From positions 20,476 through 84,475 of the IMG/VR virus record IMGVR_UViG_2684622670_000009: DNA of 64,000 bases; one strand, written 5' to 3'. Made by a program: the position numbers and the translations under genes. Position 1 is the stretch's first letter; every line of letters begins with the position of its first letter. The DNA comes from a virus (lineage: Duplodnaviria > Heunggongvirae > Uroviricota > Caudoviricetes). Below, in pieces: positions 55,938 through 64,000 of this stretch. Below the pieces are notes generated by a model that worked only from the letters and a program-made list of their open reading frames with translations, was not told where the DNA came from and made no database searches.

Positions 55938-56018
55938 AAGGCTTACTGAATCCTATGCGTTTTTCCTGTTGGAGAAACTGGAAGAAAAACTTAAACCGAA
56001 ACGGTAGGCGATAAGATC

Positions 56019-59000
56019 ATGGAAAGAAAAAACGCCAACATTGACGATGTTATAAGGACAGTTGAAACCGCCAGCGCAAAAGAGCTGGAAGAGCTTGCAG
56101 GTATCCGGGAAGCTGTTGAAGATTTGAAAGGGGGGCGCGTTGCAACTGTTGATCCTGTCTCTCGCAGTGTGTCGGCATTAAATCGCACAATCGAAAATTC
56201 CCGGCCTGACTTTGTGGCCAAAGCGCCATCCGTAGACCCTATTGTTGACGCAATGAAACGGCTTAATTTAGGGGACGTTTCTCGTGTAGTTCAGGAAGAT
56301 GTTGCTCAACAGGAACAGCAGGCCAAATCAACCACACCAAAGGGTAAAAAACGACGCAGGAAGGCTATACCAGAGGATGTAAAGGCACAACGGACCGAAG
56401 CAGCCGAACACGCTCGCGAAATGTTCGGTCAAAAAGGCGGTGCGCAAAAAAGCCAAAACCAACGCGATGCGCGTGGTCGTTTTATTGGAAAGTCAGGGAG
56501 TAAGTCCGCAGCGGAAGATGCCCGTGCTGAACGTGCTGAAAAGGCCAGGCGCAAAGAGGATGATGAGCGTCTAAATGCTGAATCAGGTTTATTAAAAAAA
56601 CTGTCAAAAGTAGCTGAAGGCATAGGTAACCCTTCAGAGACTCGTGCCGTCGATGCGTTAGGTTATGCCGTTGCTGGTCCATTGTGGGCAGCAGGGAAGG
56701 AGCTTGGCGGGATATCAAAAGAAGTTGGTGGATCGCTTAATGGTGCCAGAAAGTCTATTGCCGATGTGATTCGTGGCAATGACGATAACAGCCGTAGAAA
56801 AGGTTTTTTTAGGCGTAAATCGCAAAATAGTGCCGATGTCGTTCAGGTTAACACCCAAAAACGGACGGTTCAGGAACTTCAGGAGCAGACCAGCGAAATT
56901 AAAGAGGGCAATGACAAGATTCTCAGCGCCCTTGATCAAATAGCCAAAAACACCGGGAAAAAGAAGGGCGGCTTGCTGTCCAAACTATTTAGCCTGTTAG
57001 GGAAGGGGGCCGGTGGCGTCGCGTCGTTGTTAATGGGGCGTGGCATGCTGAAAAAAGCTGGAGCACTCGCTTTTGGCGCTCTGGGGGCAAAGAAACTTGT
57101 AGGAATGCTACGCGGTGGTGGCAAGAAAACTCTCACCCATGAAGGCGGAGATTTGGCTGCCCGGGCAGCAGGTAAACTTGGATTAAAGGTAGTTGGTAAA
57201 GGGGCGTTACGCGCAATTCCCCTAGTCGGCACAGTGGCTGGAGGTATTTATGATGCGGTAACCGGTTGGAATGATACAGAAGCGCAACGTCGAGCGTTTG
57301 GGCTTAAATCAGGACAAGATCCATCATTCCAGCAAAAAGCCGCTTATACGTTAGCCAATGTTCTTGATTTGGGAGGACTGGTATCTGGTATTAGCAATGT
57401 CATTGGTAGCGTTCTCAAATCACTTGGATTTGAGGATATCGGCAATATGTTGCAATCATTTTCGACGGAAAGTATTGCACAGGCCATTGATAGTGGAATT
57501 ACCAATTTAGAAACATATATTTCTAACCTTGGTGATACTATATCCACGACATTTAGTGATTATACCGCAAAGATTGGTGATGCTATTTCAGGATGGTTCA
57601 GTGACACAACAAAGAACTTGAACGAAAAATTAGACGCCATCAAAAACTTCTTTACTGTCGATAACCTGAAACAGGTTTTTAGTGATGCAATTGATAGTGC
57701 AATTGATTTCATTAAGAACCCAAGGAAACACATTAAAGAGGCTGGCAGTAATCTATGGAGTGCCGCAAAAGAGCTTTCAGGTGAGATTGCAGATGCTGCT
57801 GTTCAGAGCACTCCTGTGGCCTGGGTTGCATCAAAGCTAGTCAATAAAGCGGATGCGAAAGAGGTTACACCTGAATTAAAAATACCTGCTAAAGAACGTC
57901 AGGAGGGCAATGCTCCTAAGACTGAATATATCCCTAAAAAGGCTAATATTGTCACTCGTGTTGTAAATGCATCCCTGGATACGGCGAAAGATAGCAATAA
58001 AACAGTTAAAGAAACTGCCAATCAGATAATCAATGCAAATGCTGTAGAAACGGGCAATAGCGCGTTGCAGAAAATTGATAAAGCTATTGGTCAAAATAGC
58101 TCGTCATCATCCTCGCTTAATACCACTGGCACCAGGAATGACATTCAGAAAGCTGCGGATACCTACAATAATGGCAACTTGGATGTAAAAGTCGGAAGTC
58201 TTGGAGCTGAAGGTAAGGCAAATCTCGATAAGTTGGCTCCGTATTTTGCTGAACTAGAGAATAAATATGGCCTTCCTGAAGGTACTCTTTACGCGATCGC
58301 TGCAACTGAATCTGGTGGTGATCCTAACGCAAAATCTACGCTTACAAGATCACCAAATGGAAAGCTAAGTGGTGGCGCTCTCGGAATGTTCCAGTTTACG
58401 AGCGTTGCTCGTGAGGAAACTGGATTATCCCGGGAAGATTCTTTTAATCCGGAAAAATCGGCAGAAGCTGCGGCTCTTCTCATGAGCAAGTATCTGAAGC
58501 AAGCCAATGGAGACTTAAACGAGGCCATCACTGCATATAACGCTGGGTTTGGCACTATCAATAAGTGGAAAAAAGGCACAGGTGACTTATCGAAAGAAAA
58601 CCGTGAGTACGCGATCAAGGTCAATACTCATCGTGCTCGCTATTTAGGTGGTGAAATCTATACACCTGGAGCAGGAGCACAGGGTGGGGCGCAATATGGA
58701 GTGAGGGGACCACTGCCTGATAACGCTGTTATCGATCAGTCTACTGGCCTAGCGTTTACCCCTGGTGATAGCCCGTTTGAGAAAGGCGGTCTGGTAGACA
58801 AAATCGGCAATGCTGTTGGCGTTAACGATCTGGTCAACAAATTCATGAATGGCCGGGGTATGCGTCGGGAAGTCGTTCAGGGAACGCTCGAAGAACGTGC
58901 ACGAGGGAAGGGGACCGCAACAGCAGCTGGCAATGTGTATGTTGATACTCCGATGCCAGTTGAAGAGGCGCGTCCGGTGGCCAGCAACTCAAGTTACTTT

Positions 59001-59423
59001 GACCAGCTCGGCGCACAAATGGGGATTGATGGGCTATTCGATAAACTCCGCAATGCGCCGGGGATGCGGAAAAGTAATGCGCCTGAACCAGCCACTACGT
59101 CCCAGGTGACGACTGCCGCCAACGATTTGCAGCAACCAACTGGTCGTATGCAGATAGATGGGCAGGTTATTAGTGACCTTGGCGGCTCCGGTGCCAAGCC
59201 GACAATGCAGTTGGCTGATAATACCGTTTCACTTGATGGTGAAACGAAGCGGCTGTTTGCGCAGATGACCTCATTGCTTGCCAGGATTGAAGAGCACACT
59301 AAAGACTCGGCGAAAGGCCAGGGAACTGTCGTAAAGGTCAGCACGCCTCAACCGGGCGTTATGCGCACGGTGCCACTGTCAATTGATGATCCGTTGATGA
59401 ATGACTACGCGAGAGTTGATTGA
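56019..59423 (+). CDS. sit: Tape-measure / injection transglycosylase Sit with lytic transglycosylase (SLT) domain
   Basis: 1134 aa; SLT motifs AIAATESGGDPNAKS ... GMFQF ... AYNAG; Gly/Lys-rich N-terminal half. Confidence 0.85.
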   Translation: MERKNANIDDVIRTVETASAKELEELAGIREAVEDLKGGRVATVDPVSRSVSALNRTIENSRPDFVAKAPSVDPIVDAMKRLNLGDVSRVVQEDVAQQEQQAKSTTPKGKKRRRKAIPEDVKAQRTEAAEHAREMFGQKGGAQKSQNQRDARGRFIGKSGSKSAAEDARAERAEKARRKEDDERLNAESGLLKKLSKVAEGIGNPSETRAVDALGYAVAGPLWAAGKELGGISKEVGGSLNGARKSIADVIRGNDDNSRRKGFFRRKSQNSADVVQVNTQKRTVQELQEQTSEIKEGNDKILSALDQIAKNTGKKKGGLLSKLFSLLGKGAGGVASLLMGRGMLKKAGALAFGALGAKKLVGMLRGGGKKTLTHEGGDLAARAAGKLGLKVVGKGALRAIPLVGTVAGGIYDAVTGWNDTEAQRRAFGLKSGQDPSFQQKAAYTLANVLDLGGLVSGISNVIGSVLKSLGFEDIGNMLQSFSTESIAQAIDSGITNLETYISNLGDTISTTFSDYTAKIGDAISGWFSDTTKNLNEKLDAIKNFFTVDNLKQVFSDAIDSAIDFIKNPRKHIKEAGSNLWSAAKELSGEIADAAVQSTPVAWVASKLVNKADAKEVTPELKIPAKERQEGNAPKTEYIPKKANIVTRVVNASLDTAKDSNKTVKETANQIINANAVETGNSALQKIDKAIGQNSSSSSSLNTTGTRNDIQKAADTYNNGNLDVKVGSLGAEGKANLDKLAPYFAELENKYGLPEGTLYAIAATESGGDPNAKSTLTRSPNGKLSGGALGMFQFTSVAREETGLSREDSFNPEKSAEAAALLMSKYLKQANGDLNEAITAYNAGFGTINKWKKGTGDLSKENREYAIKVNTHRARYLGGEIYTPGAGAQGGAQYGVRGPLPDNAVIDQSTGLAFTPGDSPFEKGGLVDKIGNAVGVNDLVNKFMNGRGMRREVVQGTLEERARGKGTATAAGNVYVDTPMPVEEARPVASNSSYFDQLGAQMGIDGLFDKLRNAPGMRKSNAPEPATTSQVTTAANDLQQPTGRMQIDGQVISDLGGSGAKPTMQLADNTVSLDGETKRLFAQMTSLLARIEEHTKDSAKGQGTVVKVSTPQPGVMRTVPLSIDDPLMNDYARVD

Positions 59424-59779
59424 TGGCCAACAATAACGAAATTGATCCTTTACTGACGCTGGAGTTATCCGGCGTAAAAACGTATGAGTCCCAGGAGGAG
59501 GCCTGGGGCGCTCGTTTATATGAGTGGCTAAACACTTATCAGGGTGAGGTATACGGCGATCCGTCATGGGGCAATGTTTTACCGCAGTTTAAACACGAAC
59601 CGACCAACTTGTCGCATGTTCAAATTGCGGTTGAGGCCATGCTTTTGCAAAAGTTGACGGTGGATTTACCCGACATACCTATTTCTGGCTTGTCAGTAGC
59701 CGAGGGAGATGCTTTTGATAAGTTGAAAATATCCATTCGTATCAGGGATATAACTATCACACAGGACGTGGTGCTATGA
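59420..59779 (+). CDS. Small baseplate-like protein (gp25/W-like by size and context)
   Basis: 119 aa; start overlaps sit stop (ATGA). Confidence 0.4.
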   Translation: MMANNNEIDPLLTLELSGVKTYESQEEAWGARLYEWLNTYQGEVYGDPSWGNVLPQFKHEPTNLSHVQIAVEAMLLQKLTVDLPDIPISGLSVAEGDAFDKLKISIRIRDITITQDVVL

Positions 59780-61209
59780 ATAAAACAACACCAACTAAAG
59801 ACAGTATTCGTGCAGAGTTTGAAGAGCTTGTCGAGAAAGATTCATTCTGGTCTAAGTTTGTCGGCTCTCAATTTGTCTCGATGCTGACATTGTTTATTAC
59901 CCAGATTGTCTACAGGTGCTTTCAGTATGCCGATGCGGCGCTGGCTGAAGGCTTTATATCGACCGCGACGCGGCGTTCCTCTATCCTGGCAGCGGCAGAA
60001 ACGAATAGTTACGTTGGTACCAAGCCAACACCATCATCGGGGATGATTGAGATCACCGCCACAAGTGAAGATGCCCCAGTGGTAATCCCCAAAAACATGC
60101 CTTTAATATCTGACGACCAGTACCCTTACATGACTATGGATGTATGCAGGTTGGTTGACGGCACCGGTACGGTAGAAGTGGCACAGTTGGAAATCCAGGA
60201 GGTGACATATACCGTTACGGCAGCCAAAGAATTTCTGGAAGTCGTGTTATCAAAGGCTCTCACTGCTGTCTGCTATAAGCTGGAAGTATTCGTGACGACC
60301 GATGGTAAGACCACGCAGTGGTCTTCCAGCACTATGTTCCGGTTAGCCGGTAGTAAAAGCCAGGTCTACGTTGAGTTTTATAAACCATCCGAGCAGTTGG
60401 GGGTTCGATTCGGCGATGGGCTAATTGGGCAAATACCGCCAGAAGGCTCGACAATTACGCTTAAGGTATGGTGCACCAACGGCGATATAACCCTGGTTGC
60501 TGGCCAAAACCTGACGCCTGTCGATTCTGCGGCTAATTTAGCTAATTTGATTTCAGTTAAGACAACGACACCTATAACCGCAGGTACCGATGCCGAAACA
60601 ACGGAGATCACACGTAACCGTGCACAATATTACCTTGCATATGATGATCAGGTCGTATGGGGCGGGGACTATACGTATTTTCTGGTGCGTAACATCCCGG
60701 GACTGTCCTGGGTAAAGGCATGGGGCGAGGGTCAGCAAGAAAAATTAGATGGTGCTTATAATGTTCAGAATATCAATAAGATATTTATTTCAGGATGGCA
60801 TCCGAATAAAAGTCAGTCAGAGCTTGAAGAAATGATCCTGGCCGCCTTTAAGAAGGTGCCGAATGAGTTGAACAAGAAATTCTCGTATAAAGAGGTCAGA
60901 AAACTACCCTTTAAGATCACCATCACCGGGCGGATATCGGCAAGCCTGACCATTGAGAACGTAACCGATGAGCTGAAGTCGGCACTGGAAACAAAATTTG
61001 GGCGCGACTCAACTTTCTTTGATCCGAACCGCGTCGGAAAGTACATCCTGATTAAGAAAAAAGATGTTTGGGCGTTTATCGAAACGCTAGGTTATTTCCG
61101 CGACTTTTATCTGGAATTTGTCGAGTGGAATGAGTCCAACGGCTTTTACGATTTCGTTTATCTGGATACAGAAAACTCCACCTTTAATATTTCGTATGAG
61201 GAGGAGTGA
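59776..61209 (+). CDS. Putative baseplate protein (J-like by size and context)
   Basis: 477 aa; translationally coupled to neighbours. Confidence 0.45.
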   Translation: MNKTTPTKDSIRAEFEELVEKDSFWSKFVGSQFVSMLTLFITQIVYRCFQYADAALAEGFISTATRRSSILAAAETNSYVGTKPTPSSGMIEITATSEDAPVVIPKNMPLISDDQYPYMTMDVCRLVDGTGTVEVAQLEIQEVTYTVTAAKEFLEVVLSKALTAVCYKLEVFVTTDGKTTQWSSSTMFRLAGSKSQVYVEFYKPSEQLGVRFGDGLIGQIPPEGSTITLKVWCTNGDITLVAGQNLTPVDSAANLANLISVKTTTPITAGTDAETTEITRNRAQYYLAYDDQVVWGGDYTYFLVRNIPGLSWVKAWGEGQQEKLDGAYNVQNINKIFISGWHPNKSQSELEEMILAAFKKVPNELNKKFSYKEVRKLPFKITITGRISASLTIENVTDELKSALETKFGRDSTFFDPNRVGKYILIKKKDVWAFIETLGYFRDFYLEFVEWNESNGFYDFVYLDTENSTFNISYEEE

Positions 61210-62045
61210 TGCAACGTTCCTGGTTTAATAACCGACTTACATCAGCTAAGCAAAAGTCATTGCTCTATAAATCATTGGCTGATTTGGTTCAGTCAATGAT
61301 AGACACCTTTGTTGACCCATGGTTGGAGCGAATTACCAACCGGAAGTCTATTTTCTCCATGAGCAAGGAGGATCTGGAGACCAGGACAAATGAACTTGGC
61401 CAGTTCTTTACTATCAGAACTTCGAACTCATCTTCCGTTCCGATGTTGTTACAACAGCGGCTTGATGAGATCCACTTTAAGGGAACTGAACGCCCTATAA
61501 ACCAGACAATTTACCGCGAATTTAACGGTATTTCTGTTTTATGGGATCCGATATATGCACCGGTGGACCTTGAGCGTCATCCCTACGGCACAGTTCTAAT
61601 ACCAGAAAGCACACTGGAGACTACCGGCGGCACATTCGGTGAGATGTTTCTGACTTCCAGAGGGATGATCAGTATTCCCATAAACGACCTGGCCCGGACA
61701 ATGGGAATTACTGGCACGATAGATCAGTCCGCAATTACAGAAGAAATTCTCAGAAAGTTTAATCAGTTCGTAAAGCCTCTACTGCCACTGCATATAGTGT
61801 TTGATGGGCTTACGCTCTATTTGTCGGTTGTTGTAAATGAACAGGCCGACATGATCACTTTGAACGAGATTTCTGATATCGAAAAAGCGTACTGCTGGTT
61901 TGAAACTTCGGATACAACTTCGCTTACTGGAGTTACGTCGATTAGCGCCCCGATCACCGCAACGCCGGGCGGCACTATTGTGAAAGCCACACCTACGTTT
62001 GATCGCACCCGTGCAGATGATTTGTTGCTGGATAGCGATGTCTGA
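61206..62045 (+). CDS. Putative baseplate/tail protein
   Basis: 279 aa; overlaps upstream stop. Confidence 0.45.
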   Translation: MMQRSWFNNRLTSAKQKSLLYKSLADLVQSMIDTFVDPWLERITNRKSIFSMSKEDLETRTNELGQFFTIRTSNSSSVPMLLQQRLDEIHFKGTERPINQTIYREFNGISVLWDPIYAPVDLERHPYGTVLIPESTLETTGGTFGEMFLTSRGMISIPINDLARTMGITGTIDQSAITEEILRKFNQFVKPLLPLHIVFDGLTLYLSVVVNEQADMITLNEISDIEKAYCWFETSDTTSLTGVTSISAPITATPGGTIVKATPTFDRTRADDLLLDSDV

Positions 62046-62123
62046 TAACAACCCCGTCCGCAGGGCGGGGTGACAAGTTACTTCTCTTACAATGAGGCTT
62101 CACAACATTGATTAGGGAAAATC

Positions 62124-62558
62124 ATGTCTGACGTCTCAACAAACCTCTATAAGAGTCAGTTGTTGGACTATTACTATCAGCGGCGCGCTGAATCGTCCAT
62201 TAACAAAGGCTCTCGATTTTTAATCAGCAAGGCCGTTTTCGGTACCAGTTCACTGGTTACTAAGAAAGGAGATGGCACTTATGAGATTGGAGAACTGCCA
62301 AAGGCTTTCGATCTGGCAGAACTGACCAGTCAATTTTGCACCATCAACCTCGTGCCAACCTACTCAGGTGGGATAATTACTGTCCGGATGGACCTTGATC
62401 AAAGCCAGTTGCAGGAAGGGAAAAACTACCCATTCAACACTCTGGTTGTTCTGGATAACGAGAACAAGCCAATCGCCATTATTTGTGTCCAGGAAGACTC
62501 GCTGTATGTGGGCAAAACATATACCGCAGTTATGGCCATAAACACGACTACAGCATAA
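62124..62558 (+). CDS. Tail-fibre-associated protein (R-like, by position upstream of S)
   Basis: 144-aa ORF immediately upstream of the tail-fibre gene. Confidence 0.45.
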   Translation: MSDVSTNLYKSQLLDYYYQRRAESSINKGSRFLISKAVFGTSSLVTKKGDGTYEIGELPKAFDLAELTSQFCTINLVPTYSGGIITVRMDLDQSQLQEGKNYPFNTLVVLDNENKPIAIICVQEDSLYVGKTYTAVMAINTTTA

Positions 62559-62569
62559 GGATATGCTTG

Positions 62570-64000
62570 ATGAATGACGTTACAGTTGTCACATCGGTTA
62601 CTTACCCATCACCCGAGTCGTTGGCTCTGGTGGCTGATGTGCAATACCACGAACCATATCTGTCAGCCGCGCTAAACCGAAAATTCAGGGGGATTGTTGA
62701 CCCGGGATTTTATGCCGGTTTCTTACCTAAGCCTGGCGGTGGGATGAACCTGTTAATCACCTCAGTGGATGGTGATAAAACTGCTGGCGCTGCGTCAGTG
62801 GATATTGGTGAATTCTACCAGGTAACTATTCAGCAACGTAAGGATATTTCTCTTGCACTTAGTGCAGGCAAGAAATATGCAATCGTTTTGAAGGGAAGAT
62901 ATATCCTTGGAGAAGATACCTATCAGGTTAATACCGCGTCACATATTCATGCGGCTGAATTTATTGCCAGAATCTATACCGATTCATATCAGTTGGGAGA
63001 TGGGGAGCTACTTGTTTGTACGGTAAATATCCCTGCTGGCGTATCTGCCATTACCCAGGAGATGATTGATACATCTGAGCGTATCAACCGCACGATCGGC
63101 ATTGAAATATCAGACTCTGTAACCAGCACCAGAAGTGATGTTGCGGCAAGTTCGCTGGCAGTTAAAAAAGCCTACGATCTGGCGAAAAGTAAGTATACGG
63201 CGCAGGATGCAAGCACAACGCAAAAGGGATTAGTTCAGCTCAGTAGCACAATTGACAGCGACAGCGAAACAATGGCGGCCACCCCTAAAGCCGTTAAGTC
63301 TGTAAAAGAACTGGCTGATACCAAAGCGCCAATAGAAAGCCCGAATCTGACAGGGAAACCAGGTGCCCCGACTGCGGCCCCAGGTACAAACAGTAATCAG
63401 ATCGCGAATACAGCATTTGTTCATGCAGCTATAAGCGCGCTTATCAACGGCGCCCCGGGAACACTGGATACGCTGAAAGAAATTGCTGCTGCTATCAACA
63501 ACGATCCGAAGTTCAGCACGACTATCAATAATGCGCTGAATCTTAAGGCTCCTTTAGCAAGCCCTGCATTCACCGGAATACCTACCGCGCCTACAGCACC
63601 GCAGGGTACAAATAATACACAGATAGCAACGACTGCTTATGTTAGGGCGGCTATTTCCGCATTGGTCGGTTCATCTCCTGAAGCTCTGGATACTCTGAAT
63701 GAGTTAGCTGCGGCGCTTGGCAATGACCCGAACTTTGCGACAACCATGACCAATGCACTGGCAGGGAAACAGCCTCTTGATGCAACCTTAACCGCGCTCG
63801 CTGCCCTTGCGACTGGTGCAAATAAACTGCCTTATTTCACCGGTAAGGATACGGTAGCGCAGACTGATTTAACGTCAGTCGGTCGCGATATTCTGGCTAA
63901 AACAAGCACACTGGCCGTTATCCAATACCTTGGTTTAAGAGAACTTGGCACAAGCGGTGAAAAGATCCCCCTGTTGAGCACGGCTAACACATGGAGTGCA
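62570..64000 (+). CDS. S: Tail fibre protein S (N-terminal part; continues beyond the window)
   Basis: Open frame from ATG 62570 to window end (477 codons); repeated TAFV/TAYV...AI.AL...P..LDTL.E(I/L)AAA motifs typical of P1/Mu-type tail fibres. Confidence 0.8.
   Translation, partial: MNDVTVVTSVTYPSPESLALVADVQYHEPYLSAALNRKFRGIVDPGFYAGFLPKPGGGMNLLITSVDGDKTAGAASVDIGEFYQVTIQQRKDISLALSAGKKYAIVLKGRYILGEDTYQVNTASHIHAAEFIARIYTDSYQLGDGELLVCTVNIPAGVSAITQEMIDTSERINRTIGIEISDSVTSTRSDVAASSLAVKKAYDLAKSKYTAQDASTTQKGLVQLSSTIDSDSETMAATPKAVKSVKELADTKAPIESPNLTGKPGAPTAAPGTNSNQIANTAFVHAAISALINGAPGTLDTLKEIAAAINNDPKFSTTINNALNLKAPLASPAFTGIPTAPTAPQGTNNTQIATTAYVRAAISALVGSSPEALDTLNELAAALGNDPNFATTMTNALAGKQPLDATLTALAALATGANKLPYFTGKDTVAQTDLTSVGRDILAKTSTLAVIQYLGLRELGTSGEKIPLLSTANTWSA

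Noticed and set aside
55702-56007. Possible frameshift extension (G5 run at 55912-55916) of the gene immediately upstream of sit, reminiscent of tail-chaperone frameshifting
   Set aside because: The alternative frame adds only about 23 codons and needs a +1 rather than the usual -1 shift; insufficient evidence.

Overview
This window reads as a P1-like phage-plasmid (Enterobacteriaceae), running in reverse relative to the usual P1 map from the pacB terminase gene (left edge, minus strand) to the S tail-fibre gene (right edge, plus strand). Calls rest on motif recognition and recalled P1 biology only; no database search was run, gene symbols are by analogy and start codons are approximate. Recognisable P1 backbone: pacA/pacB with the GATC-hexamer pac site, phd-doc toxin-antitoxin, ban helicase, tciA-like operon, a tRNA cluster, dmt methyltransferase, hrdC (RdgC), the oriR/repA/incA plasmid replicon, parA-parB-parS, kilA-repL, the immI region (icd, ant), sit tape-measure/transglycosylase, and many 17-bp C1-operator-like sites. 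Non-backbone or unusual content: (1) a 341-aa LAGLIDADG intein at the catalytic Pro-Cys motif of the Dmt C5-methyltransferase domain; (2) a complete Type I R-M cassette (hsdMSR) with a TAEL-encoding 12-bp tandem repeat in hsdS; (3) two large ORFs each broken by a -1 frame change at the same AATAAAAAA motif; (4) a tRNA cluster with an interrupted tRNA-Thr-like gene and two tRNA-like hairpin repeats; (5) an accessory operon of glycosyltransferase-like, lambda-type Ser/Thr phosphatase, two paralogous proteins, VRR-NUC and TraR-like genes; (6) a C1-operator-gated operon of uncharacterised proteins; (7) an IS200/IS605-type TnpB next to an AT-rich island of secreted/membrane proteins, one carrying a motif shared with Sit; (8) a T5orf172-domain gene between incA and parA, and a Lom/Ail-family outer-membrane moron. 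No CRISPR array or rRNA was seen. The intein and the uncharacterised accessory modules are the best candidates for anything undescribed, but none is proven here.
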